This document shows positions 51,802-64,000 of a stretch of 64,000 nucleotides of DNA, piece after piece (positions within the stretch are counted from its first letter, which is position 1; every line of letters begins with the position of its first letter). A model generated the notes under the pieces. The model saw only the letters and a list, made by a program, of their open reading frames with translations. It was not told where the DNA came from and did not search any database. The position numbers and the translations under genes were made by a program. This stretch comes from Eledone cirrhosa. Lineage: Eukaryota. The stretch spans positions 68,014,001 through 68,078,000 of the forward strand of contig OZ024745.1 of assembly GCA_964016885.1 (NCBI GenBank), read 5' to 3'.

Positions 51802-53410
51802 GTTGGTGGTGAAGTGAAAAGGCACTTACCTCTCTGCGTCCCGGGTATCGGGCTGCACAATTTCCATGAGGGTGGGGATGGGTTGTTGGGTGGCTGGTAG
51901 TTTGTGGAAGTGTAGGGGCATCAGTGTGTTGTGTGGTTGGGGTGTTTGGAGTTATGTGGGTGGGGAAGTTTTTTAAGAGGACGCGGTTAATGGGCCCGGC
52001 AGAGGGGGGGGGGGGCACGTTCTCTTTAAAGTTGTTTTTTAGTGTTTTATATGTGTCCTCTGGGGCCTTAATCATTTTGAGGTGGGGGAAATCCCCTGCC
52101 TGGGTGAAGTTAGGCCCTTGGGTTTTTACTAAATTGTTGTTGTATACAATGTTTAGCAGTTTTTTATTTCTTGCGTTTATGTATGTGTATGCATGTTTTT
52201 GTTTTTGTGTGGTGTTTTTTATTTGCTGTTGTTGTGTGCTCTTTTGTGTTGGTGTCTGTGTTATGTTTTGGGGAGGGGTTGTTTTCATTTGTGTGTCTGA
52301 GGTGTGTTTTCTTTTTTTTCTTTTGATTGTGTGGAAGTGCTCCTCCTCGTCTGACGACGAACGAGGGTCATCTTCCGCGTTGGAGGGGAGGGGTAGATTT
52401 TCGGGTTGTTTGCGGTGCGGGTGTTTTGGAAATTGTTTTTTTTTGAGTGGGGAGGATGGGTTGGACAGTGTTTTGTTTTGGTTTGAGCTGTGGTTGTTGT
52501 TTTTGTAGTGGTGGTTGTGGTGATTGTGTTGGTTGTGCAGTTGTTGGTGGTGTAGGCAGGATTGGGTTTTCTTTTTAAGTTGAGGACAGACAGCCCTCAG
52601 GTGACCTCTGGCTCCACAGAGGTAACACGAGGGCCGCCTACCCTCAACGGTAATGTTGATAAAAGTTTGATCATCCAATATGACGCGTTCAGGGATCTGG
52701 GCGATCCTTTCGGGCCTCATTTGAACTACAAGTTCGAGGCCCGTTCCACTGAACGCGTCACCCGATGCCTTTCCCATGGATATTAGTGTGTCATCGTCTA
52801 GGTCCAGGAAACCTGTCAATACCCACCATATGTCCATAATCGGAAGGATGGTGTAAATTTTTATTTGTTGTGTCCTACCCATGTACGTAGGGTAGAAGGT
52901 GTATGCGGTGGATGTGATTGGTTTTATTGACAGTTTCTGCTGTGTCCCTGTCCTTCATGAGAATGGATAGACCCCGTAGAGTCTATCCTTCTGAATGAAT
53001 GTGATGTCTTTCATGACATCTTTTAAAACTAGCTCTATCTCACTCTGTGATGGTTGAGCTGGTTTTTTGCTTTTGTTTGAGACTGTCCTAAACACGACAG
53101 TGTTTAGGAGTCTCTGGCGTTTTAGTTCCGGGGGGGGGGGGGGGGGGAGTGGATCGAAAATGATCCATTTTCCTCGTAAATGATCCGATAATAATCCATT
53201 TTCCCCTGGCATCTGCCAGTAGCTCCTTCGCTTTGGTTATATCTACTGGCAGATAGTCGAGGGTTTTCCTTGCCGTCTGGGCGAAGGAGACCTTTTCCTT
53301 GTTTGTGTTGCTGTTGTAGTTGGTGGTGTTGTTATTATCATTGTTGTTGGTGTTGTTGTTTTTGTTGTCTTTATTGTTGCTGTTGTTGTCGTTGTTGTTG
53401 TTTTCGGTTT
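51802..53410 (-). pseudogene. ORF1 (gag-like nucleic-acid-binding protein), frameshifted
   Basis: Asn-rich N-terminus then KVSFAQTA; VEGRRPSCYLCGARGHLRAVCP zinc knuckle. Confidence 0.8.
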
Positions 53411-53789
53411 CTTGTGTCGTTGTGGCTACATCAAGTTGTCGGTCAGCAGGTGGAGAAAGTTCTACCTCTGGCTGACCTAAATATTATATTAGATGTTCAT
53501 GTCCGGAATGTCTTAGATCATAGTTCCTGTCCAGTGATGAATTGTAGAAGGACGAGCTTCACTGAATTTAAATATCTTCGATGGCGTCCCTGTGACTTCA
53601 TCAGTAGTTTGGAGCTCAAGAAAAGAAAAATGACCCAAAGCATTCCAATCGAGATCATCTCGACTTTTTGTGTATCAAATACTACATTTTTGTTATTTAA
53701 GACTTCAAATGTCTGATTTGTGCCTAAACAAACGAGTAAAGGCTGGCTCGTTGTGAGGCACATCCGCCTTTCTGAAATTCCTCTGGTTG

Positions 53790-54005
53790 TTAAACATATA
53801 TATGTGTGTGTGTTGGATTTCAGTCGGTTCCAACGTTGAGAGTTTCTTTTGTTTGATTAAAGGAACAGCCTGTTCGAGGACTGAATTGACTTGAGCTCCA
53901 TGAAAAAAAGTCTTTTATTCAAGGACACAACGCACCACCGGTAGCCGAAAGCACTGTCGCTAGGTTGTGATCCAAACACCCCAACCGCTAAGCCTTGCGT
54001 CGCCT
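53790..54005 (-). mobile_element. Degenerate SINE S2-like
   Basis: caaggacacaacgc and ggaacagcctgttcg segments. Confidence 0.5.
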
Positions 54006-54731
54006 TGTTAAAAATAAATACACAACAGGATTAAAAAATTACGAGGTAGTAGTTACCTTTTGAAAATTGTTGACAAGAAGTTAGTCGATATATGTTCCAA
54101 AACAATAGTACGAGGGATATTTTTTGTAAATAATTCTATCAGCGGAAATTAATAAGGACGGATATGACTATTCAATAAATAAATAAAAATTGCATTAAAT
54201 ATAAAGGTAGCAAAACAAGAAGAACATTGAGTAAAAATTGTAATTAAGTACTAACCAAAACGGAATGGGATAACATGAAGGAAATTGAAACTGATTCATA
54301 AAGAAATATGGCATTGTATTTAGATTAGTCAACGATAATATATATACTGTATATATATATATATATGTGTGTGTGTGTATATGTGTGTATGTGTGTGTAT
54401 GCATGTGTGTGTGTGTGTGTGTGTGTATGTGCGTGAGTGTGTGTGAGTCGTTGAGTGCCGTTAGAAGAATGGTGAAGCAAAGCTATTGATATACTTTCAA
54501 TTTATATTCCCAGTACACGTTTGCTCATTAAAGAACGTTTTCTGTTTCTTATTTTCTCTCTCCATGTGGATATACATCCACTCTGCATTTCTTCATGCAC
54601 CGAATACCACTGTATATTGTTATATTAACTTCTTATTCATTCTCCTGACCACCAGTACTAAACTGACCCCTCCACCTCTCTCTCTATCTATATATATATA
54701 CGTTCGTTACTTTGGTATATTATTGTGTGTT

Positions 54732-54920
54732 TGGTGGATTGGCAGTATCAGTAGAGGGTCGGACGCCATGCTTTCCAGCATAGTTACGTCCCTTTACGAT
54801 CTGAGTTCAAATCCCGCCGAGGTTGACTTTGCCTTTCATCCTTACGGGGTCGATAAAATAAAGTACCAGTAATGCACTGGGTAATTGCTGGCCTGGTGCC
54901 TAAAGTAGAAACGATTATTG
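54732..54920 (+). mobile_element. SINE S1, well preserved
   Basis: ggtggattggcagtatcagtag...gagttcaaatcccgccgagg...gtcgataaaataaagtaccag. Confidence 0.9.
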
Positions 54921-55084
54921 TGTGTTAGATTTTGCCTACCACAATGTTCGATTTGTCAAGCTATTTAAACGTATGTTATTACTCTAAGGACCTAACTTAT
55001 CGAGTGCTTTGCTAACTCGTCATTTTATATAAGTAGGCCGAATTTGCTTGCAAACCGCCAGAGATTCGATTTTACTAAATTTCC

Positions 55085-55158
<74 letters not shown>

Positions 55159-55325
55159 TAAACTCAGTTTCAAAAGATCCCGATAAGGGCGAAAGCGGCG
55201 ATTCTTTGCTTAAACTTTAATCTGTTATTTTAATAAATATTTTCTCTACGGTTTTATATATTTTATATATATATATCATCCTTATCGAGTTGTCTTCGGA
55301 TTTTAGTCTTCACATTTATTATTAT

Positions 55326-55384
<59 letters not shown>

Positions 55385-55402
55385 ATATATATATATATAT
55401 AT

Positions 55403-55587
55403 GGTAAGGAACCAGGTGGACAACAACACACGAGAGTACTCGATGCTTTAGGTAGTAGAGTGGGTAATAGGAAAAGAGTCAGGACCCCGACGGCAGAGCT
55501 CAAGCCGTTTCGACGGCTATTTCTGGACTAAATTAATTCAGTCCAGAAATAGCCGTCGAAATGGCTTGAGCTCTGACTATTTTCCTA
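55403..55587 (-). mobile_element. Family C fold-back copy
   Basis: Hairpin centred on ggactaaattaattcagtcc; TA flanks. Confidence 0.85.
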
Positions 55588-55603
55588 TATATATATATAT
55601 ATA

Positions 55604-56027
55604 TACAATATATTAACAAATGGAAACCATATTTATTTCATTATACATATTTCAAGGGCTACCAAGGCAGATTATGGTGCGCTTTCATCAGATAAAATAT
55701 AATATAGATTAGTTTTATAAATAAATATTGACATACCCTGAAAAATGCAACCTTCACGGTTGGACTCCAACCGTGAAGGTTGCATTTTTCAGGGTATGTC
55801 AATATTTATTTATAAAACTAATCTATATTATATTTTATCTGATGAAAGCGCACCATAATCTGCCTTGGTAGCCCTTGAAATATGTATAATGAAATAAATA
55901 TGGTTTTATAAATATAGTTTCCATTTGTTAATATAATGTATATTTACTCCAATAATTTGTTGAGTGCTTTATATCAGTTATAAAAAATATTTTGCTTGTT
56001 GTATCCCAACAAATTAAATATAACCTC

Positions 56028-56030
<3 letters not shown>
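55604..56030 (+). mobile_element. Family G element with a perfect palindrome (55624-55906, 141-bp arms) and a hammerhead in each arm
   Basis: Centre ttgga-c-tccaa at 55765. Confidence 0.88.
55831..55896 (+). ncRNA. Type I hammerhead ribozyme (mirror copy 55634-55699, minus)
   Basis: UAUUUUAU-CUGAUGA-AAGcGCACCA...UGGUaGCcCUU-GAAA-UAUGUAUA-AUGAAAUA; 8-bp stem I. Confidence 0.75.
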
Positions 56031-56078
<48 letters not shown>

Positions 56079-56122
56079 TTATTTATTTATTTATTTATTT
56101 ATTTGATATAGAAATAGCTTCC

Positions 56123-56357
56123 ACAGGACTAGAACTGTTTCATTCGGGAGAAATCATTTCTCCCGAATGAAACAGTTCTAGTCCTGTAGGAGTCATCTCT
56201 ATATTAAATATTTATACTCTGCTATGTATTGAGTGCCTTACTTACTGTGGTTACCCCCGATTGAACCCGGGATGAACTTATAAATATATATATAAGTTCA
56301 TCCCGGGTTCAATCGGGGTAACCACAGTAAGTAAGGCACTCAATACATAGCAGAGTA
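56123..56357. repeat. Two adjacent palindromes (56123-56187 and 56215-56357)
   Basis: First has 32-bp arms with a 1-nt centre; second is centred on a short TA run. Confidence 0.9.
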
Positions 56358-56367
56358 AGTAAGGCAC

Positions 56368-56519
56368 TAAATTAATTTAGTCCAGAAATAGCCGTCGAAA
56401 TGGCTTGAGCTCTGCCGTCGGGGTCCTGACTAGTTTCCTATTACCCACTCTACTACCCAAAGTATCGAGTACTCTGGTGCGTTATGGTTCACCTGGTTCC
56501 TTACCACACTTCCTTCGTT
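56368..56519 (+). mobile_element. Family C 3' fragment
   Basis: tagtccagaaatagccgtcgaaa...ccttaccacacttccttcgt(ta)n. Confidence 0.85.
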
Positions 56520-56680
56520 ATATATATATATATATATATGTAAGAATATTTTCGAAACAGCGAGCGAGTTTGAAATTATAAATATAAGCTATCGCCGTAT
56601 TTTGACTAAAGAAATTAAAGAAATTATTTAGCCTGATAGTGGGGTTAAGAACCCTCGGAGAAATGGAAAAAGATGAGTAT

Positions 56681-56751
56681 TGACGTACATGGGAGTCGAA
56701 CTCACATCTTTCGTTATCCAGACCACTGTGCTACCATTACACCAACACATC
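56681..56751 (-). mobile_element. tRNA-like SINE head or tRNA pseudogene
   Basis: Reverse complement gatgtgttggtgtaatggtagcac...gtgagttcgactcccatgtacgtca; anticodon stem does not pair. Confidence 0.55.
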
Positions 56752-56769
56752 ACCAACACATTTATAAAT

Positions 56770-57382
56770 AAAGAATCATCTGTACTCTACTAACATGCTA
56801 AGATAGAACACAAGGGTAAATTAGAGAACATAGAAATAAAAATAGAATCTACACACAGAAAAGATGCAATGTTTAGACAAATTACAGAGGCAATAAACAT
56901 AAAAGAATTACAACCAAAATTAAATAGAAAATATGAGTGGAACAGCAACATCACAACTTACAATTAAGGACAAAATGAAAACACACACACACATAGAACA
57001 AACAACCAACCAATAACATGTAAATAAATAAATAAATAAACAAATAGATAAATGAACATAAACACACACAGACACCCGGATGTGGCGCATGCGCAAACTG
57101 AGCACACAACACACACACAGAAACAAAATGGCGTAGGACAGAACAAAGGAGAGGCACAGAAACAAAGAAAGGAATCCCCAGTCACTAAAGAGGTCACAGA
57201 GTGTGTGACGAAAGGACTATGACTATATATAAACAACTATCTGGTTGTGGAACCAACCAACCAACCAGAAATTTATAGATTTATAAATTTGTAAATTTAT
57301 AAATATATAATAAATTGAAGTGAAAGAAACTGGTGCGTGTGTTTCTTATTGGCAACATGACCCTCCCAAAGTATAACAATAT
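56770..57382 (+). mobile_element. Second, shorter copy of the Penelope-like element 3' end
   Basis: Near-identical to about 25224-25821; in-frame stop (TAA for CAA); HHR core changed to CUAAAGA. Confidence 0.9.
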
Positions 57383-59230
57383 ATATATATATTTATAAAT
57401 ATATATATATATATGTGTGTGTATATGTATATATGCATGCATGTACGTACTTATGTATATATATATGTATGTATTGGCACACTGCATTGACCTGACAACC
57501 AATGTATACACATGTCTACACACAGAACAGTATTCTGACACACTAGACTAAACACAAAAGAGTTCAGTAGGTTTTCAAGTAATGGTTTATAGAAAGTCTA
57601 TTTGCATTCAGATTATATTTCACTATCTATTTACAACGGGATTATATATAATGTAGCTATAAATTCACAATAATCCGTTACCTGGCACTTATATTTTCAA
57701 ATATCTAAAGTAATATTTAAGTTATTTTTAAATGCTGATTATATTGATAAATAAAACTAGTTAACCTCTTGGAATTTCCTTGGTTTTATTAGAACTAACC
57801 ACCAAATATAGATCAATATGAGATTTGAAATATTTTATTTATTATATGTATATATAATCAGGAAAATGAGAAAACTCAACGAAATGAATAGCTGCTAAAG
57901 CAGCCAAAATGCCGTCAATATCAGCATCGGGTAAAATACCTCAGAGGACAGAAATTAGTAGTTAGTAGTCGATAAAGAGAAAAGCTGCGAGGTGGGTGAC
58001 AAGCAGATGAAATATAGAAACGATTGAGAGAGAGGAGGAGATACGAAGTGTGTTGACACGTAGAAATGTCAGGAAGAAAGGAATAAAGGAAGGTAATGAA
58101 CGAGACGAGTTCACACACACATCTGCTTTATCAGCTATCATACCGGCAAAAATGGTTTCGCACAATTTAACCGAGAAGACCTTTTAAAATTATCGGCTCG
58201 TGCAACAGAGCTTTTGCTGCCCTTTCTAGCGGCGGCTTATCGAAAGTACGATGGAAGCTGTTTGGTTACTATTTTGGTTACTATTTCTATCAAGTTGAGA
58301 AGATACATAGAGACTTCCATGTCATATCATGACATGGAAGACATGTGGGACATGTATGACCCACAATGGATTACTGCTCCCACATTAAGACATTAGAGTG
58401 TGATTTAACGGAGATTTAGCTGCTTTTTATCGCAAGTATGCTTGCCATTTTTAGTTGTTGCTATTCAGCCTCATGTCAAAGCTAATGTAATAGAGGCATG
58501 ATAAAAGGCATTGATGCCATACACATACCGTCTTTATCCAAGTATTGTACACCCCGCACTTCATTATACAATATCGTTTATTCTGAAATGGCTGGGTGTG
58601 ATTTGAGGAAGATTTAGCTGATGTTTCTAGCAGTCTAGTGTCCATGTAAAGGCTCCTTCGGTGAAATATTATACAGAAGCTACAGTAAATCTTACTAAAC
58701 TGTCATATTACACAACAGAGTGATTGTAAATGGATATCATTTTATGAAATCAATTCGGAAGTGGAACTAATTCGCACGATATTATGTTTTACGATATTTA
58801 TACCCTAGTAGGAAATTATAACAGAAATATTCAGACATTCCCCAGAGAAACTATATTCTAAAGAAGAGACGTTATTCTAGAAAATATAAATGAGAAGTTT
58901 CATAAATTGAAATTTCGTAGCAGTTCTAGATGATGACCGATTAAGAATAATTTGACTGGACGGAAAAATCTTAGTAGAAAGAAAGAAATAGTTGACAGTT
59001 TTCTATTGGAGTGAGTTGCGTGACTGCAGATTGTAAAAGGATCAGTTTTCTGTATATTTATTCCGGTTGAATGCGGAGAGATAGCCAGTTTCCTTGTGCT
59101 GAAATATTAGACTTGGTTGCCCACTGAGAACATTCATAATAAAGATAATTTTAAAAACTTTACTAAGAAGATTAACTCCAGGAATTGGACAATTGAGACT
59201 AATCGTCGATTAACCAAACACAATATACTC

Positions 59231-59326
<96 letters not shown>

Positions 59327-59374
59327 TATATATAAACTATATTATATATATATATATATATAATATATAATGTT

Positions 59375-59685
59375 GTTGGACCTGCGTTGTTTCCGAAGAC
59401 GAGTGCTTCAGTTAATCCAATCAATGGAACAACCCGTTCGGGAAATTAAGTGACTGAGGAGTCCACAGATTCATGCACTTTTAACGTAGTTCTCAGGGAG
59501 ATTCAGTGTGGTGACTAGCCCTCTTGAATTACAGCCTCAATTCATTTTTTTCAACTGAATGGACTGAAACTACATGAAAGAATATATCTTGCTCAAGGTC
59601 ACAATGAGTCGCTCAGTCCGGGAATCGAACTCATGACCTAACGAGCGTGAGCTCAGCTGCCGAGCCACTACGCCACGCACCTTCA
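59375..59685 (-). mobile_element. SINE S2
   Basis: gggaatcgaactcatgacc, cttgctcaaggtcacaa, gttctcagggagattcag. Confidence 0.75.
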
Positions 59686-59764
59686 TACACGTATCATTCA
59701 CTCATTCACTCACTCACTCATTCACACACACTCACACACACAGACACACAGACAGACAGACAGA

Positions 59765-59797
<33 letters not shown>

Positions 59798-60194
59798 CCC
59801 CACCGCTTATTTAATAATGGTTCAGATAGATAATTTATGTCATTTCGTCAGCTGAGATGAATTTGAAAATGGCAGCAAATTGGCAGATTCATGAAAATGG
59901 TAGATAGATTTGAGTTCAAATCCCATCTCTATGATGGTTGGATTTGAACTGAGGGAGATCTAGCTGCTATTTCTAGCAGGGCTACCGGTCGAATAGAGGT
60001 TCCCTCGTAAACTCGTTTTTGATGTTGATGTTTAAGTTGAAGTAGGTTCTAATTGAACACATCTATTCCACAACCAGCATAAATAATTCAATAACTGTAC
60101 CTTAGAGTCCAACCAGAATTAGGTAATAAAAACGTTGGTAGAATGGTTAGAACACCGAAGGAAAATCCTTAGCTACTTTCCTTTATGTTTATGT

Positions 60195-60505
60195 GAAGGC
60201 ACGTGACTTGATGGTGAGGGTATTCGTAAGATCGTGTGTTCGGTTCCCGGCGGTGCATTGTGTCCTTGAGCAAGACACTTTATTTCACGTTGCTCCAGTC
60301 CACTCAGCTGGCAAAAATTAGTTGTACCTGTAATTCGAAAGGCCAGCCTTGTCACATTCTGTGTCATGCTGAATCTCCCTGAGAACTACGTTAAGGATAC
60401 GCGTGTTTGTGGAACGCTCAATCACTTGTACGTTAATTTCACAAGCAGGCTGTTCAGTTGATCGTATTAACAGGAATACTCATTGTCGTAACCGACGGAG
60501 TGCCA
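60195..60505 (+). mobile_element. SINE S2
   Basis: Aligns with 29120-29428. Confidence 0.85.
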
Positions 60506-60946
60506 CTACTTCTATGTGAGTGGGCTTAGAATTTTGGGGGCTAGAATTATATAGTTATGGACTTGACTCTCAAACCGTGTGACGTGTTGTGTCCTTGAGG
60601 AAAGCTCTTAATTTTCACTCAGCTGGAAGTTCGTGCTATGACGGACTTACATCTTGCCAAGTGTAGGAAAGGGGGGAGTCAACTGAGTAGCTAAACAATC
60701 CTGTAAGTGGGTTAAGCCCTGGGCCTCGTCCCTCTCGTGCAAGCATAGAGAAACGGACTTAAAACGACAACTCTAAGTCCTTTACGTTTTCAGTTCAAAT
60801 CCTGTCGAGAACAACTTTGCTTTCCCTCCTCCAAGTATTTGACTGATGTAATATCAGTCAAATATTGAGGCTCATTAAATTGGTAACGAATATTCACCAA
60901 AATGATTGTCTGTATATGATAGCAATGATAATAATACATTCATAAT

Positions 60947-61128
60947 CTGGCAGTATCAGTAGAGGGTTGGACGCCATGCTTTCTAACATAGTTACGTCCC
61001 TTTACGGTTTGAGTTCAAATCCCGTCGAGGTTAACTTTGCCTTTCATCCTTACGGGGTCGATAAAATAAAGTACCAGTAATGTACTGGGTAATTGCTAGC
61101 CTTGTGCCAACAGTAGAAACAATTATTA
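60947..61128 (+). mobile_element. SINE S1
   Basis: Aligns with 54732-54920. Confidence 0.88.
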
Positions 61129-61676
61129 TATATTCACAAAAAAATTACGTTCAAAATAAAATTCACATTTCAGTAGAGAAACTTACAATGAAGAAATGCT
61201 TACAGGTCTTAACCCTTCTTTTAATAATATTAAAGGAAAATACTGCATCGCAAATTGATGCAGAAAGATCGTGTTTCCTGTATCACCATTCTGTAATAGA
61301 AACTAATCTCAACCAATATAAAACATGTTTAAAAATCATCAGTTATTATTTGTTTCATTAATACACTGCTCCAACATCTGCGTAAGTTACAACTAACTTA
61401 GACTTTAAATACAAATATTGATAAATTCTATGCTACACGCACGTCTTGCCTTCTCACGAATTTGTTTTTGTTGAAGCAAATAAACTGAGATGCAAAGTAA
61501 AACATGCACGAAGTATGAAGCAGACTTGATAATCATTAAATCCTTTTTCTATTTCTTCACCTATTAAATCTCCAGCCGAAAGCAGATGCAACAGAATAAC
61601 CAGCCTGACCAGCTCAAAACCTAGTTTTCATGTCTTTCTCACAGAATTTGAAAGAAATTATTTTCAGTGCAACTGA

Positions 61677-61748
<72 letters not shown>

Positions 61749-61944
61749 ACGTACATACATATGTATACAGACGTACAGTAGTATGTATATATATACATAC
61801 ATGCACACACATATATATATATGTACGTATGGATTTACCGAACATTTATTATAATGCTCGGGATGTTTGTAAATAAACATCCCGAATTAAGCCGTACAGT
61901 GTTTAGCAACCATCGTTGCCCTTTTGTTCAATACTGACAAAGGA

Positions 61945-61987
61945 ACGGTGTACTAGTTTCAAGCTTATTAGCTGTCGTCAGCACCGT
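61945..61987 (-). ncRNA. Minimal hammerhead ribozyme (family N)
   Basis: ACGGUG-CUGACGA-cAGCUaauaAGCUu-GAAA-CUAGUA-CACCGU. Confidence 0.85.
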
Positions 61988-62427
61988 ATACCTTCCTGCC
62001 AGATGATTGAACGTCTGAAAGTATATACTTTCCTTATGCATATTAACGGCTGAGCAGCCTAATTTGCAACGATGGTTGCTAAACACTGTACGGCTTAATT
62101 CGGGATGTTTATTTACAACCATCCCGAGCATTATAATAAATGTTCGGTGAATCCATACGTACATATATATGTGTGCATGTATGTATATATATATATACAT
62201 ACTACTGTACGTCTGTATACATATATGTATGTACGTATACATACTTATATTTAAGTAACAGCCGTACTAAGAGTGAGAAATGAAATTTCGTTTCATTTTT
62301 TCCATTTATCGTTTTCGGTGCGCCCGGCCGATTAACTCACTCGATATGCAAATTAGGCTGCTCAGCCGTTAATATGCATAAGGAAAGTATATACTTTCAG
62401 GCGTTCAATCATCTGGCAAGAAGGTAT

Positions 62428-62470
62428 ACGGTGCTGACGATAGCTAATAAGCTTGAAACTAGTACATCGT
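62428..62470 (+). ncRNA. Minimal hammerhead ribozyme (family N)
   Basis: ACGGUG-CUGACGA-uAGCUaauaAGCUu-GAAA-CUAGUA-CAUCGU. Confidence 0.85.
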
Positions 62471-62735
62471 TCCTTTGTCAGTGTTGAACAAAAGGGAAAC
62501 GATGGTTGCTAAACACTGTACGGCTTAATTCGGGATGTTTGTTTACAAACACACCGAACATTATAATAAATGCTCGGTAAACCCATACGTACATATATAT
62601 ATATGTGTGCATGTATGTATATATATATACATACTACTGTACGTCTGTATACATATATGTATGTACGTATACATACTTATATTTAAGTAACAGCCGTACT
62701 AAGAGTGGGAAATGAAATTTCGTTTCATTTTTTCC

Positions 62736-62768
<33 letters not shown>

Positions 62769-62807
62769 TAAATGAAGTCGTGCAGCTGGAACTTCAGTTA
62801 TACTCAT

Positions 62808-62842
<35 letters not shown>

Positions 62843-62890
62843 GCACACACACACAACACACACACTCACACACACACACTCACACACGCA

Positions 62891-62967
<77 letters not shown>

Positions 62968-63215
62968 ACACGCCCCCCCACACACATGCACACACTCATA
63001 TATGTATATATATATGACTTCTAAATGATTAGAGCTGGTTCATTCGTATGAAATCGTTAGGAATGCACTTATTCTCCACTAACGTATTGAGTACATTATT
63101 TAACTGCGGTTTTGCAGATGAAACTTTGATAAAAATATGCTAGTCGTGTATTGTGCAACATTTAAACGATCAGACTGAATAGGATTTAAAGATTATATAT
63201 ATATATATATATATA

Positions 63216-63423
63216 TAACGAAGGAAATGTGGTAAGGAACCAGGTGGACCATAACGCACCAAAGTACTCAATACTTAGGGTAGTAGAGTGGGTAATAGGA
63301 ACGACTAGGATCCCGACGGCTGAGCCCAAGCCGTTTCGACGGCTAATTTAAAAAAAAAAAATTTTTTTTAGTCCAGAATTAGCCGTCGAAACGGCTTGAG
63401 CTCAGCCGTCGGGGTCCTACTTG

Positions 63424-63427
<4 letters not shown>
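63216..63427 (-). mobile_element. Family C fold-back copy
   Basis: Terminus, HHR 3' half, A/T-rich centre, inverted HHR 3' half; TA flanks. Confidence 0.85.
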
Positions 63428-63470
<43 letters not shown>

Positions 63471-63477
<7 letters not shown>

Positions 63478-63618
63478 TTTTATTAAGGCTAAGTAGTGAG
63501 TTTTGTTACCCTGGAGTTTCGCCTGTTTATCACACGGTCATCATTATGCCTTAATAAAATGAATATTAAAACTCTACTTCGGCATTGAGTACTCCTTTCT
63601 CGCAGTCGTCAACCACAT

Positions 63619-63622
<4 letters not shown>
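63471..63622. mobile_element. TA-flanked fold-back insert with a decayed HHR-like motif on the minus strand
   Basis: IR atattcattttattaaggc/gccttaataaaatgaatat; reverse complement aTGATGA-CC...GGc-GAAACtccaggGTA. Confidence 0.5.
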
Positions 63623-63672
<50 letters not shown>

Positions 63673-63882
63673 GTATATGTATATGTATTTATATATATAA
63701 ATGTATATGTATGTATATGTATATAAAGCTCTTCATTTTCACTCAGCTGGAAGTTCGTGCCAAGAGCAGTAGGAGGTTATTCCGTATCTCTATGACAGAC
63801 TTACATTTCGTCAAGTGGAGGAAAGGGGGGGACTCAACTGAGTAGCTAAATAATCCTGTATATGTATATGTATATATATGTG

Positions 63883-63918
<36 letters not shown>

Positions 63919-64000
63919 TATATATATGTATAGGTATTTGTATACATATATGTGTATATATATGTATGAATATACATATGTATATATATATATATATATA

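Larger units (their letters stand above)
48094..53470 (-). mobile_element. L1/Tx1-type non-LTR retrotransposon, near full length, disrupted
   Basis: ORF1 with zinc knuckle, then ORF2 with APE, RT and C-terminal zinc finger; 3' UTR ending AATAAAAAGAAAG; GC-richer than the flanks; 5' boundary approximate. Confidence 0.92.
61740..62737. mobile_element. Retrozyme-like family N: inverted arm (61740-62068) plus about 1.55 copies of a 430-nt monomer, in (TA)n
   Basis: Direct repeat offset 430 (62070/62500); HHRs at 61945-61987 (-) and 62428-62470 (+). Confidence 0.85.

Noticed and set aside
53211-53254. 12-bp inverted repeat near the L1/Tx1 5' region
   Set aside because: Single instance inside apparent ORF1 coding sequence with no covariation evidence
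56681-56751. Functional tRNA gene (also 7826-7898)
   Set aside because: Anticodon stem does not pair and the acceptor stem is wobble-rich; better explained as a SINE head or pseudogene

Overview
AT-rich, microsatellite-dense eukaryotic DNA whose tRNA-derived SINEs and repeat landscape look like an octopus (cephalopod) genome; this is an inference. No host protein-coding gene is recognisable, and almost all ORF-track entries are translations of simple repeats. Recognisable content: a near full-length but frameshifted L1/Tx1-type LINE (about 48.1-53.5 kb, minus), RTE-type LINE remnants, Penelope-like element (PLE) remnants (an RT piece and a GIY-YIG endonuclease ORF with its 3' repeat), many SINE copies, and several mini- and microsatellites. 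The main unexplained structure is a set of roughly ten families of short non-coding elements, mostly sitting in (TA)n tracts. They are often built as fold-back inversions and carry type I hammerhead ribozyme (HHR) motifs, usually with palindromic stem III. Three families are circularly permuted 316, 430 and 441 nt monomers, which is retrozyme-like. Two use a U3-A8 core variant, two carry octamer motifs upstream of the ribozyme, and copies show compensatory base changes. All folds were paired by eye, and activity, expression and novelty are untested.
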